DNA of 64,000 nucleotides. Source: a virus. Lineage: Duplodnaviria; Caudoviricetes. The notes under the pieces are model-generated. The model was not told the origin of the DNA. It did not search any database and saw only the letters and a list, made by a program, of their open reading frames with translations. A program made the translations under genes and the position numbers. The DNA is taken from the IMG/VR virus record IMGVR_UViG_3300032319_001025, positions 64,001 to 128,000 of that record; one strand, written 5' to 3'. This document shows positions 29,713-39,050 of the stretch, one piece after another. How positions within the stretch are numbered: the stretch's first letter is position 1; every line of letters begins with the position of its first letter.

Positions 29713-29931
29713 TTAGTCAAACTTTTCAATTTCTTTTGTTTCAGCAAAAATTTTTTCACCATTTTTAAAAAACATATGAAAATCAAACGTATTTGGATAA
29801 TGCTTTAATAGCCAATAAGCTTCTTTTCTAATAGATTTCGGTATTTTTGGGGTTTTCTTAGGGTCTATTAGGTTTAATAGAAACCTTCGTGTATTTAATA
29901 TTGCATTTGTTCTTTCATCAGGTAAAGTCAT
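29713..29931 (-). CDS. BPSL0761-like conserved phage protein
   Basis: 'MTLPDERT.A....R.FL..L....TP.IP..IR.EA..LLKHYP' recognisable signature; AAGGAG RBS. Confidence 0.7.
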   Translation of the reverse strand: MTLPDERTNAILNTRRFLLNLIDPKKTPKIPKSIRKEAYWLLKHYPNTFDFHMFFKNGEKIFAETKEIEKFD

Positions 29932-29995
29932 AATAAACTCCTTTAACTGGTATAATTATTGCACAATAAATCTTTATTGTAAAGATATTAGGTTT

Positions 29996-30265
29996 TTATG
30001 CCTGACCGTCTTCAACTGCCCCTCTTTCTTGTTTGCAGTTTTCGCAAGGGCATGAGTTTTTATAGTTTTTATCTAGAATTTCTGGATGAATCAGGTTTGC
30101 AATACCTTTTGTAATAAAAAGTATGGGTACTGTAATTAATCCAGCAGTAGCGGATATGATTGAGGTTAAAGTTCTTTTTACAAAAACAATTGGTAAAACC
30201 AAAAAAACCCCAAACAATTCAATTGATGCCGCTATAATCTCTCTTGTTTTCAATGTATTATTCAT
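29996..30265 (-). CDS. membrane protein with C-terminal CxCxxC
   Basis: Two hydrophobic segments. Confidence 0.6.
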   Translation of the reverse strand: MNNTLKTREIIAASIELFGVFLVLPIVFVKRTLTSIISATAGLITVPILFITKGIANLIHPEILDKNYKNSCPCENCKQERGAVEDGQA

Positions 30266-30435
30266 TTCTTACTTTCCCAGTTATTAAAGAACCATTTATT
30301 AAATTGATTCAGGGTCATCCTGCTCAAGCCAACAAAATGATTTTTATAGTCTCTGTATAGATTATTTTTAAATTCCACCTTTAATTCGTTTTGCTTTTTA
30401 GCATGTTTTTTAATTGTTTCTTTAGACTTTTTCAT
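30262..30435 (-). CDS. small hypothetical protein (57 aa, below ORF-track cutoff)
   Basis: MKKSKETIKKH...WESKK*, ATGA-coupled to the next gene. Confidence 0.55.
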   Translation of the reverse strand: MKKSKETIKKHAKKQNELKVEFKNNLYRDYKNHFVGLSRMTLNQFNKWFFNNWESKK

Positions 30436-30437
30436 TA

Positions 30438-30653
30438 CTACTTTCTATACAATTTCTTAGTTGAGCTGACCTCTGGAGTAGCGTTTACATTAGCGTCAAA
30501 TGCCTTAACATTTGATACGTTTTTGTTCTTGTCTGTAAAACTAAACATCATGCCAGTATGATCGGGAGAATAATCAATATCAACAGATTCTGAAACAGAA
30601 TTAGTTTTAATGTACTCAAGGGCAAGTTCTAGATCTTTTAGTTTAATTCTCAT
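30438..30653 (-). CDS. hypothetical protein
   Basis: 71 aa in operon. Confidence 0.6.
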   Translation of the reverse strand: MRIKLKDLELALEYIKTNSVSESVDIDYSPDHTGMMFSFTDKNKNVSNVKAFDANVNATPEVSSTKKLYRK

Positions 30654-30680
30654 TGTCTTTTCTTTCTTTTAAATCCTTTT

Positions 30681-30920
30681 TCATACTATAATCCACCACT
30701 CTTCTTTATTCCTCATTAAAATTGGCACCCTATCACTTTTTGCTCCTGCACCGTCTTCTTCGCAAATCTGACCGTCTATTAATTGTAAATAGTGTTCTCC
30801 ACTTTCATCATTGTAACATGAATTTTGAAGTTTATTGCCATTCAAAAAAGCTTGCATAACCTCTTTTGGGTTTTTAAGGGGCTTTGATTTCCATGTCATG
30901 CTATAATTTCCCTTTTTCAC
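30681..30920 (-). CDS. hypothetical protein
   Basis: ORF in operon. Confidence 0.55.
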   Translation of the reverse strand: MKKGNYSMTWKSKPLKNPKEVMQAFLNGNKLQNSCYNDESGEHYLQLIDGQICEEDGAGAKSDRVPILMRNKEEWWIIV

Positions 30921-31254
30921 CTTTTACTTCAAGTTCTGTTACATAGAATTGCTTAAAAGGTGATTTTACCAAATTATATTCTCTTATTAATATTTCTAAT
31001 TCACCAAATTCCGAATAATCTAAATTTATTTTTTTACCACTATTAAAAGAAAATGTTAAACCATTTCCGTCGTTTTCTAAACTTGCAGCCATTTTACCTT
31101 TTACCTTATTTGTCCATTTATTGTCAAGCTTAGAGTAAAAAAGTTTTAAAATGTAATGATGCGGAAAATTTTCTTTGCCGCCAAAGGTGTTAATTATTTT
31201 TTCTTTTAATGAATAAATTGAGTCAGTGTTATCTTTTAAATATTTTTTAACCAT
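30901..31254 (-). CDS. hypothetical protein
   Basis: 117 aa in operon. Confidence 0.6.
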   Translation of the reverse strand: MVKKYLKDNTDSIYSLKEKIINTFGGKENFPHHYILKLFYSKLDNKWTNKVKGKMAASLENDGNGLTFSFNSGKKINLDYSEFGELEILIREYNLVKSPFKQFYVTELEVKGEKGKL

Positions 31255-31255
31255 A

Positions 31256-31477
31256 TTAACTATCCTTATTATAGTTTATTCCTCGTTTTATAGCTTCAAT
31301 TACTTGTTTTTTTACAACTTTTTTGTGTATTCTAAACTTTTTAGATTTAATTTCTTTAAGAAAATATTTTTCTACCCACAAAGGTATTTGAAAAATAGGC
31401 TCGCCTTCTGGTGCAACAATATAAAATCTTCCAGGCGTTTCTTCCCCGTACTTATTTTTATAATTATTTGGGTTCAT
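31256..31477 (-). CDS. hypothetical protein
   Basis: 73 aa directly after the helicase. Confidence 0.55.
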   Translation of the reverse strand: MNPNNYKNKYGEETPGRFYIVAPEGEPIFQIPLWVEKYFLKEIKSKKFRIHKKVVKKQVIEAIKRGINYNKDS

Positions 31478-31487
31478 TTTTTATTAA

Positions 31488-33152
31488 TTAGTCTCCTTGA
31501 AGCAAATCCTCATCATCCATTCTAAAATCTGGATAATCAGTATCTTTAATTTCCTGGACTAAATTTTTAATAGATTCTGCACTAGCCATCTGCTGTTCTT
31601 CAACATGAACAATATTGTCTTTTTTATGCTTCATTATATCAGCTGGCGAAAACTTTTGTAAAGATTCTATATTAGCAATCTTATTAGCTGCTGCGTAAGC
31701 ATCAGCCTCTTTTGAAGACTTAGTATATACTGAACCGCATTTAAGGCCCAATCCGTGAGTTCTGCATTGCTCGAGTTTAGTTTCTGAAACGAAAGCGTTA
31801 CCAGTTTGAGACAGCCTGCTCTTAGAAATATAGAACTTAATGATTTTGCTTTCTTTATTATCAACCGACCTATTGATAGTTATTACGTTATCGGCACCCT
31901 GAACAATATTGTATGCTTCTGCAACATCTTCCATCTCGAGCATTCTATCTAAATCTCCACGGTTAATTTTGGCACCTTCTCTGTTAGCTTGAACTGGGAA
32001 TAACCCGTGGAAATTATAGTGTTTTGTAATAGTATAAAACTGATCGTAAACAAAACTTCTTTCTTCCCATACAGAAGAAGGCTTATTAGAAAAATGTCTC
32101 GATCGCAATTTCGCTGGATAATCAACAACTAGCAGGTCATAGCCTTTACCGACTTGAGAAATAAGCTTTTCTTGACGTTTTTCAATAATTGCTATTACGT
32201 TTTCAACATACATTTCGCTAGGTTTGGTATGCGGTATATACGTTAAAAACTCATTAAATTGATGTGAAGCTACTTCTAATTTCTTTTGAAGCTCTAAGTC
32301 ATGTGAAACCCTGGAAAGGTCTATACCGCTTATTGCGCAGAAGTTTTCAAAGAATCTGGTTTTAATATCATCAGCTTTTTGCTCATGGGTAATCAATAAC
32401 ACTCTTTTGCCCATTTTAATGTTGGCACTAATAATACTTAAAACTGTACTGGTCTTACCAGAGTTCGAAGCTCCGATAAGAACCGTACAGTCACCCTTAG
32501 ACAAGCCGCCCGTAGTTAATTGGTTAAAGTCGTTGGCATCACTTAAAGAAGCGTTTTTAGGTGTCTTAGCTGAACCTGGAATAAGTAGATCATCAAACAA
32601 TGGGTGACCTATAGTGACGCAATCTTTTAAACCTTCTGTTCGCCTTTCAAAGAAAGATATCGGATCAAGAAAGTTAACAGTGTCATCTGGATTGAATGAT
32701 GTATTATTTAAATCTCTTAGTTGTTTATGTAAAGTATCTGAAGCAGCCTGGTAATCATGCTTATTAAATAAAGTTTCACCTGTAAGCAATAGGTTTTTAA
32801 GTTTAATGATTCTAATCCAAGTAGTTAAATCTAGGCACATTAGATCCATGCCTACCTGATTAGTTGCGGCTAAACATTTATCAATATGAGCAAAATATTT
32901 CTGCTGAGTTCTAGCATCTGGATGAATTCTTACAAATTGCTGTTTAAGTTCTTCTGGTTTGATAAGTCTTTTTACTTCAAGCCTGTCATATAACTCGTAA
33001 AGAACCTTGGCTACAGCTTGAGTATCTGGATGCTGAAACCACCTGTGATTAATATACGTTCTACAATTTAGAAAGAATGAGTATTCTTTAAGGCAATAAC
33101 CTATAATCGAATCTTGCCAAATCTCTGAAAACTTTAATACAATTTCATCCAT
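31488..33152 (-). CDS. dnaB: replicative DnaB/gp41-like SF4 helicase
   Basis: Walker A GASNSGKT, 'LITHEQ', Walker B 'LLVVDY', 'QANREG', 'ADNVITINR', 'KSR'. Confidence 0.85.
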   Translation of the reverse strand: MDEIVLKFSEIWQDSIIGYCLKEYSFFLNCRTYINHRWFQHPDTQAVAKVLYELYDRLEVKRLIKPEELKQQFVRIHPDARTQQKYFAHIDKCLAATNQVGMDLMCLDLTTWIRIIKLKNLLLTGETLFNKHDYQAASDTLHKQLRDLNNTSFNPDDTVNFLDPISFFERRTEGLKDCVTIGHPLFDDLLIPGSAKTPKNASLSDANDFNQLTTGGLSKGDCTVLIGASNSGKTSTVLSIISANIKMGKRVLLITHEQKADDIKTRFFENFCAISGIDLSRVSHDLELQKKLEVASHQFNEFLTYIPHTKPSEMYVENVIAIIEKRQEKLISQVGKGYDLLVVDYPAKLRSRHFSNKPSSVWEERSFVYDQFYTITKHYNFHGLFPVQANREGAKINRGDLDRMLEMEDVAEAYNIVQGADNVITINRSVDNKESKIIKFYISKSRLSQTGNAFVSETKLEQCRTHGLGLKCGSVYTKSSKEADAYAAANKIANIESLQKFSPADIMKHKKDNIVHVEEQQMASAESIKNLVQEIKDTDYPDFRMDDEDLLQGD

Positions 33153-33178
33153 TGATTTTGTTCTTTAATAATTTTTAT

Positions 33179-33388
33179 TTACTTGGAATACCAAGCATTT
33201 TTAACAGCTTCTACATCAGATTTTAACATAGAATGAGCTTTTTTGTTACAAATTCTGCACTTAACTGGATATTTAGGCGGCATTGTAGTTACTACGGGTT
33301 CGTTTTTAATAAGCTCATAATATCCACCACATACACAATGGTCTGTATAAATATATGTGCTTTCCATTTTAATCCAATCAAATCCCAT
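33179..33388 (-). CDS. small zinc-ribbon protein
   Basis: CxCGG...PPKY..KCxxC; GGAGG RBS. Confidence 0.65.
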   Translation of the reverse strand: MGFDWIKMESTYIYTDHCVCGGYYELIKNEPVVTTMPPKYPVKCRICNKKAHSMLKSDVEAVKNAWYSK

Positions 33389-33397
33389 ATATTCCTC

Positions 33398-34084
33398 CTA
33401 ATAAGTAAAGCTTGAAAAATCAAAATCTATTTTTTTAGACTCATTTTTAAGCCATTCAGTATAATCAATATTATACTTTTTGCAAATAAGTCTGGCTTTT
33501 TTACGTACATCGCTAGAAACGTGTTTTGTAGTAGCATAATAACATAAATCTTTTTTGTATTTCAAAGGATTTTCATAAAATTTATCTTTAAGTTTTTTTA
33601 ACTCTAAAGATTTGTTTTTATTGATTTTTTTATCTTTATGTCCCAAAAACTCAGTTTCTACATTAACGTCTTCTTGATTATAGACCAACTGATTTTTTAT
33701 CAAAGTTGGGTTGGCATCAAAACTGACTATTGAGATATCACTGACGTTAAACTTTTTAGCTATCCATTTTGTAAAATTAACCATTCGTTGGTTGATATAC
33801 CTAATCATCGTAAGGTAATCTTTTTTTTCTCGAGTCTTTCTTTTAGAATGTGCCCAGAATATTAAACCGTAAATCCTTATTACGTTATTGACATCCTCTA
33901 TTTCAAATCCATTCATGGCAAACAAATACTTGGATTTCATGTAATGTTTTCTAGTCAGATAAGATACTATCTTATTAAAGTTTTGATCGTTTAATAAAGA
34001 ATAATCAACCTTTTTGAAATACTTTTTAAGTATGTTACTTCTTAGGTAAACATCTTCAAAATTGTCTTTAATGTTTTTTCTCAT
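33398..34084 (-). CDS. hypothetical protein (weak sigma region-2-like segment)
   Basis: 228 aa between primase and helicase. Confidence 0.6.
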   Translation of the reverse strand: MRKNIKDNFEDVYLRSNILKKYFKKVDYSLLNDQNFNKIVSYLTRKHYMKSKYLFAMNGFEIEDVNNVIRIYGLIFWAHSKRKTREKKDYLTMIRYINQRMVNFTKWIAKKFNVSDISIVSFDANPTLIKNQLVYNQEDVNVETEFLGHKDKKINKNKSLELKKLKDKFYENPLKYKKDLCYYATTKHVSSDVRKKARLICKKYNIDYTEWLKNESKKIDFDFSSFTY

Positions 34085-34085
34085 C

Positions 34086-35078
34086 TCAATCTTTCAAGTA
34101 TATAACAGTACTTAGCTGGTCTAGCCTTCTAGCTCTTTTAAAAGCTTCTAAACATTCTTCAAATGTGCATTCCCCGAAATCAGCTTTTTTACCTTCCAAT
34201 CTACATCTTTCTTTTGCCGAACTTGGAACATCAATCTTATAAACTGGAATCCTAATTTTAGACTGGAGCTTACGCATTTCTGGAGCTGCGTCTTCATCTA
34301 AAGCTAAATAAATTTTTTGCGGTTTCTTTTCCATTATAATCTGTAATTGTTTATCACTTATTATTTTACCCATAGTTGACACTGCATTTCCACATAAATC
34401 AAATTTAATTGCATCTATAGGACCTTCTGTAATTATAACAAACTCATTTTCTTTAACATTATCTATAAACATCACAGAAGAAGCTCTTTGAAATCCAGTA
34501 TTATTAAGCATTTTAGGTACAACGTCTTTACGGATAGTCCTGGCCTGCCATCCGATACAGGTATTTTCTTGAAAAACGGGGAATATAATTCTTTCATTTA
34601 GGTAATTAAACCATATTTTATATTTTTCCCCTATTGACTGAGCTATACCTCTTGACTGTAGATATAATACTCCTGGCATCGATGCTGGACTGTTTAATGT
34701 TTCAGTAAAAACCAACGGCCATTCTACTGGATAGACCTTTTCCTCATCGTGTAATGACGGTTTATTATCGTCATTTAAAGATAGTTTAAGCTCTACTTTT
34801 TCGCTATATTCTTTGTTTCCTTCATTATACAGCCTATCCATTGCGTCTTTAGATGTTATTTTAGCTGTCTTCATTAACCATTTATAAAATGGATGAGGGC
34901 CTTTAAATTCACAGGAACCCCTATAACAAATAGTATACCCGTTTGCTTTTAATATAGATAATTTATCTGACTGATTACAATCAGGGCATGTTGTGTAGAT
35001 AGTTCTTGTTCTTTCTTTAAAATCAAGACCTTCTTCAACAATTATCTGTTTAATTCTTTCAGGTGTTAAACTGGCCAT
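34086..35078 (-). CDS. dnaG: DNA primase (Zn finger + TOPRIM)
   Basis: CPDC..C..C zinc finger, 'YLQSRGI', 'RIIFP', 'GWQAR', 'ITEGPIDA', 'LALDEDA'. Confidence 0.88.
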   Translation of the reverse strand: MASLTPERIKQIIVEEGLDFKERTRTIYTTCPDCNQSDKLSILKANGYTICYRGSCEFKGPHPFYKWLMKTAKITSKDAMDRLYNEGNKEYSEKVELKLSLNDDNKPSLHDEEKVYPVEWPLVFTETLNSPASMPGVLYLQSRGIAQSIGEKYKIWFNYLNERIIFPVFQENTCIGWQARTIRKDVVPKMLNNTGFQRASSVMFIDNVKENEFVIITEGPIDAIKFDLCGNAVSTMGKIISDKQLQIIMEKKPQKIYLALDEDAAPEMRKLQSKIRIPVYKIDVPSSAKERCRLEGKKADFGECTFEECLEAFKRARRLDQLSTVIYLKD

Positions 35079-35153
35079 TTTTAGTTTTCCTAATTTTAAC
35101 TTTGTTTAATTTAAATCATTTTCAAAAATATATAAATAGTCCCTAACGTCAAT

Positions 35154-35405
35154 TCAATCCATTTCATCTATCTTTTCTTCAATCAATGCATCTAGCTCTT
35201 CTTCGTCTTCTTTGGAAAGCGGTACATCATTAAGAATTTTAGTTTCAAAATCTTCTAGTAACCAAACACCTATACCCCTATTTCCGTCTGCATCTGAACC
35301 ATAGCTCGGGTCATAAGTATAAATAGCTCTCAAACTTACATTAACTTCAGTTTTAGATTTCAATTCAAAAACAAACTCCTTTTCTATCTCTTTAATTTTT
35401 TTCAT
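35154..35405 (-). CDS. hypothetical protein
   Basis: 83 aa, 'YGSDADGNRG' motif. Confidence 0.6.
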   Translation of the reverse strand: MKKIKEIEKEFVFELKSKTEVNVSLRAIYTYDPSYGSDADGNRGIGVWLLEDFETKILNDVPLSKEDEEELDALIEEKIDEMD

Positions 35406-35584
35406 AAAACTTCATTTTTAACTTTTTTAATTTCAGTTTTATTTAATTTAAATGATTTTAGAAAAATACGTAAATCTTTAACTAAATAAAAAATAACTAG
35501 AAAACCAGTTAAATAAAAAACTAAACTAAACACACACATAAAAATTATTAAAATCGGTAATACCATAAGTACCTCCAAGCTCAT
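35402..35584 (-). CDS. small membrane protein
   Basis: Long hydrophobic N-terminus; ATGA overlap with next gene. Confidence 0.55.
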   Translation of the reverse strand: MSLEVLMVLPILIIFMCVFSLVFYLTGFLVIFYLVKDLRIFLKSFKLNKTEIKKVKNEVL

Positions 35585-35603
35585 AGTACCATAGTTTTAT
35601 TTT

Positions 35604-35632
35604 TTGACAAAATAATAAAAAACGTTTAATAT
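35604..35632 (+). promoter_or_regulatory. sigma-70 promoter, leaderless
   Basis: TTGACA(35604-09)-N17-TAATAT(35627-32), 6 nt to ATG 35639. Confidence 0.7.
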
Positions 35633-35638
35633 GTATAC

Positions 35639-35941
35639 ATGATACATCAGTTAATACCAGCTTTTTGTGGCCTAATATTTAGTACTCAAGTCAATGCATG
35701 TTCTACTGCACTAAAACAGGCTACGGTAGAAACAAATGGGTTAATAACTAAAAAGGTTAACCAGTATAAATACGAGGTAGAAAACCTAGAAACCGTTAAA
35801 TCTTTTAAAAATGACTACACAGCAACAGTTTTTTATTTAGGAACAATTGCCTATAAGCAAGAGGCTGTTGTAAATTGGGGGAACGTTACGGTTAGGGTAA
35901 AGCAAAATAGTGTGACTGCGGGAATAAGATGGAGATTTTAA
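35639..35941 (+). CDS. small exported protein with C-terminal outer-membrane beta-signal
   Basis: Lone + strand gene with own promoter; signal-like N-terminus; ends TAGIRWRF. Confidence 0.65.
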   Translation: MIHQLIPAFCGLIFSTQVNACSTALKQATVETNGLITKKVNQYKYEVENLETVKSFKNDYTATVFYLGTIAYKQEAVVNWGNVTVRVKQNSVTAGIRWRF

Positions 35942-35992
35942 TAGCGATTGTCTTTACCTGGGCTTTGATAGTGTTCTTTTATTGTGAATAGA

Positions 35993-36319
35993 CTATTTTA
36001 ATAGTAGACACCCTAGTATCATTAGGGTCACCCCAATCATTTGTTTGCTATTTAAAGAAACTCCGCACAATACAATAGGCATTAAAATCCATATTAAAGA
36101 TACTCCGACATCCCAAATAGCCGCTAAAAAATATACTTGGCTAGGATTGCTATTTGATTTAGCAATTAAACCCCACGACAGACCTAAAATTAAAGCACAC
36201 ATCGCACTTAAATACGGGTAATAAGGGGACTGTCTAAGCGGAGCGTAGGTTGCGCCAGCATACAAAACTGTTGTTAAATAACCCAAAAATAACAATAACA
36301 ATTGAATTTTACTAACCAT
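35993..36319 (-). CDS. four-TM DMT/SMR-like membrane protein
   Basis: 108 aa, four hydrophobic helices, 'GVSLNSKQMIGVTLMILG' EamA/SMR-like ending. Confidence 0.6.
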   Translation of the reverse strand: MVSKIQLLLLFLGYLTTVLYAGATYAPLRQSPYYPYLSAMCALILGLSWGLIAKSNSNPSQVYFLAAIWDVGVSLIWILMPIVLCGVSLNSKQMIGVTLMILGCLLLK

Positions 36320-36324
36320 TTAAT

Positions 36325-36597
36325 TTAGGGCTTTTCTGACAAAAGTTTATATCTCAAGGTTTCTAATACTGATAAAAGTTCTATTAATATACCTTCTTTT
36401 TTAGATTTGTCTTGTTCTTGACTCCAAAGATGCATCAAATTAAAAATGCCCTCTCTTTCGCTATCAGAAATGTTTTGTGAAGTAGCGTAATGAGCAGCAT
36501 AAAGAGCTGTTGCAACCGAAACACCAGACTCTATCATTTTACCAGCAATTATATTAGCTTGTTGAATTAACTTAACATCTAAATATGAATATGTCAT
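36325..36597 (-). CDS. hypothetical protein
   Basis: 90 aa in operon. Confidence 0.6.
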   Translation of the reverse strand: MTYSYLDVKLIQQANIIAGKMIESGVSVATALYAAHYATSQNISDSEREGIFNLMHLWSQEQDKSKKEGILIELLSVLETLRYKLLSEKP

Positions 36598-36598
36598 T

Positions 36599-37048
36599 TT
36601 ATTCTCTAGCTAATTTGCATTTAGAGCACTGTTCATATGAATCTTGTAATCCATGAACAATTTCATATTCATGTTTGCATTCTTCAGATTCTTCGAACCC
36701 ATTTAAAAATTCAAATTCGTAATGAAATCTTACCGCTTCAACATCTGTGAGAAGAGCGGCCTGTTTTTCGCCTTCCCTATTTTGATATTGAATAGCCACG
36801 GCCTGATAAGCTGTTTTTTCTTTATTTTCATTTTCCTTTATAACTTCTGGATTTATCAATTCTACAATTTCATTTTCACTAACTTTTAACAAAATAATCC
36901 GCTTATTAAGTCCAACTTTTGGAGCTGCAAGACTGGAATTGCCGTTTTCTTTAAGAGTTCTAACCAAGGAATCTAACTTTTTATTTAAACTAACATTGAA
37001 GCTTTTAACTTTTGCTGGTTTTGATTTAAATTTTTTATCTGCTTTCAT
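36599..37048 (-). CDS. peptide deformylase-like protein, catalytically degenerate
   Basis: 'SSLAAPKVG' (GxGLAAxQ), 'LINPEVI', no EGCLS, 'HYEFEFLNG' instead of QHExxHLxG. Confidence 0.7.
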   Translation of the reverse strand: MKADKKFKSKPAKVKSFNVSLNKKLDSLVRTLKENGNSSLAAPKVGLNKRIILLKVSENEIVELINPEVIKENENKEKTAYQAVAIQYQNREGEKQAALLTDVEAVRFHYEFEFLNGFEESEECKHEYEIVHGLQDSYEQCSKCKLARE

Positions 37049-37058
37049 TGTTTTTCCT

Positions 37059-37235
37059 TTAATCGGTTTCAGGGTTTTGTTCCTCTAACATTGTTTCCAT
37101 CATTAAAATGTGTTCAAATTCTTCTTCTGTTGCCATGTTTTTTTGATTATATGTAGATATTTTTTCGTACAAATTTCTAACTGCTTCCTTCTTTGTCATC
37201 AGACCGTAATTGTATTCAATACATATTCTACACAT
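37059..37235 (-). CDS. small hypothetical protein (58 aa)
   Basis: My translation MCRICIEYNYGLMTKKEAVRNL...; fills the gap in the operon. Confidence 0.55.
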   Translation of the reverse strand: MCRICIEYNYGLMTKKEAVRNLYEKISTYNQKNMATEEEFEHILMMETMLEEQNPETD

Positions 37236-37581
37236 GTTTAACTTTTTTCTTTCTAATTTTCTTTCTAATTACAAGGCCGAATCTGTCTTTTGTTGATATA
37301 TAATAACCTTTTTTTGGATTAGAGAAAAGCTCTTTTAATAAATAATCTGATAAATGTTCACCAAAAGCCAGATAAAAGACCTCCTCTATCTGAAATGATA
37401 AATCTAAATCCCAGCCGTCTTTTTTAAAATGATTGTCAATTTCTTTAACAGCTTTCTTAGCAGCTTGTGTAAACTTTTTATTGTTCTTAGTTGAAAAATA
37501 GTTTTTATTAACTTTTAAAACCACTTCTTTTGAATTACTGGTTTTACTTTTCTTTTTTGTTTTCATTTTAAACACCTCCAA
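37228..37581 (-). CDS. hypothetical basic protein
   Basis: GGAGG precedes internal MKTKKK (likely true start). Confidence 0.6.
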   Translation of the reverse strand: MEVFKMKTKKKSKTSNSKEVVLKVNKNYFSTKNNKKFTQAAKKAVKEIDNHFKKDGWDLDLSFQIEEVFYLAFGEHLSDYLLKELFSNPKKGYYISTKDRFGLVIRKKIRKKKVKHV

Positions 37582-37603
37582 TATTTTTATTATTTATATG
37601 TTA

Positions 37604-37861
37604 TCATTTATTGTATTTACCGCACAATGCAAAATATCTATTATCTTCAATTTTTTTAAACTTTTTTAGGCATGGTAGGTCTTTATATAAGACCTTGCAC
37701 CTACCTTTTGCTTTTTCCATGACTTCTTGATCATGTTCATTCCATTTAACCCTATCTAAAGTTACGTTTTTAGTAACTGGACAAGATCCTGCGTAACTAT
37801 ATGAATAAATTAAAAAAAATAATAAAAATAAATATCTCATGTTAATTACCAGAACTTCCAA
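37604..37861 (-). CDS. small exported Cys-rich protein
   Basis: Signal peptide MRYLFLLFFLIYSYSYA, four Cys. Confidence 0.6.
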   Translation of the reverse strand: MEVLVINMRYLFLLFFLIYSYSYAGSCPVTKNVTLDRVKWNEHDQEVMEKAKGRCKVLYKDLPCLKKFKKIEDNRYFALCGKYNK

Positions 37862-38270
37862 AAGATTTAGAACCTCTTTCAGAGCAACTTAAATCTTTAG
37901 ATTCTACCAGTTCAACCTTTGCTACGGGTAAAATAATTAACTGTGCTACCTTATCGCCAATTTTATAGTGTAAATCTTCCTCTGTCAAATTAAGTTTTCT
38001 GAGCCTAACTTTGATACTATCTCTATATCCAGGATCAATTACACCGACAGAATTGGCTAACATGCAGTCATAATTAGATATACTAGATCTTGGAAACAAT
38101 AAGCCTACATGATTTTCTGGTATCTCAATAGCTATACCAGTATCAAATTCAATATACAGATCGTTTTCTTTTAAAAATACCATGGCATGTAAATCTAGCC
38201 CAGCATCTCCTGGATTAGCCTGTTTAGGTATTTCAGCGTCTGGATGGGTTTTTTTAATTTTAATTTTCAT
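37842..38270 (-). CDS. dut: trimeric dUTPase
   Basis: AGLDL, PRSS, GVIDPGYR, AQL, RG.KSFGSSG motifs; start reassigned to MKIKIKK. Confidence 0.92.
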   Translation of the reverse strand: MKIKIKKTHPDAEIPKQANPGDAGLDLHAMVFLKENDLYIEFDTGIAIEIPENHVGLLFPRSSISNYDCMLANSVGVIDPGYRDSIKVRLRKLNLTEEDLHYKIGDKVAQLIILPVAKVELVESKDLSCSERGSKSFGSSGN

Positions 38271-38538
38271 TATCGATGTCGTATAGATAGCTTTTAGGTC
38301 TTGGGGTAAACATGTCATTTTCATCCAAAAGGTCCCAATTCTCTACATCGTTATTTTTAATTAAAAAATTATACAACTTATCAATACGCCAAGGTCTTCC
38401 CATTGATCCTAAATTCCAATATTCAATGTTAAAATAACTGCCTACAGCATCTTTGCCAGTGTATTTTACAATTCTTATGCAAATATCTTTAAATTTTTTA
38501 TGTTTGTAAAACTCATTTGGTATGAATATGTCTTCCAT
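38260..38538 (-). CDS. hypothetical protein
   Basis: 92 aa in operon. Confidence 0.6.
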   Translation of the reverse strand: MEDIFIPNEFYKHKKFKDICIRIVKYTGKDAVGSYFNIEYWNLGSMGRPWRIDKLYNFLIKNNDVENWDLLDENDMFTPRPKSYLYDIDNEN

Positions 38539-38548
38539 AAATATCCTA

Positions 38549-38752
38549 TTAATAATTACTTGCAGCCCGCTCTTCAGTAATAAGTTTAAGCTTAGGTTTG
38601 CTTTTACGTTTTGTTCTTTTAAGTTTTTTAGTTACTTTACGTGCAACTTTTTTAATATCTTTTTTATGATCATAAACGGCCAAAGACATTTCAATAAAAC
38701 TAAAAACAGTTATAAAAACCAGCATTATAGTATCGTACATTTGATAATTCAT
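38549..38752 (-). CDS. single-TM protein with basic tail
   Basis: 67 aa. Confidence 0.6.
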   Translation of the reverse strand: MNYQMYDTIMLVFITVFSFIEMSLAVYDHKKDIKKVARKVTKKLKRTKRKSKPKLKLITEERAASNY

Positions 38753-38761
38753 GATCTTTTG

Positions 38762-39050
38762 TCCTTTTTAAGTAACCTAACTACATTTTTAAACTTGCTA
38801 TCTAGTTCGCATTGTCTTCCATGTACCATAACTTTACCTCTACCTTCTACATGTAGAAAAACAGTATTTTTAAAATGAAAGCAATGCCGATGATTACTTT
38901 AATTGCAACATAGGCGAAAAATAATTTCCAAAAAATTGATGCTTCCTTTTTAAGTAACCTAACTACATTTTTAAACTTGCTATCTAGTTCGCATTGTCTT
39001 CCATGTACCATAACTTTACCTCTACCTTCTACATGTAGAAAAACAGTATT
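38762..39050. repeat. 107-bp perfect direct repeat (38762-38868 and 38944-39050)
   Basis: Base-by-base comparison, offset 182. Confidence 0.95.
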
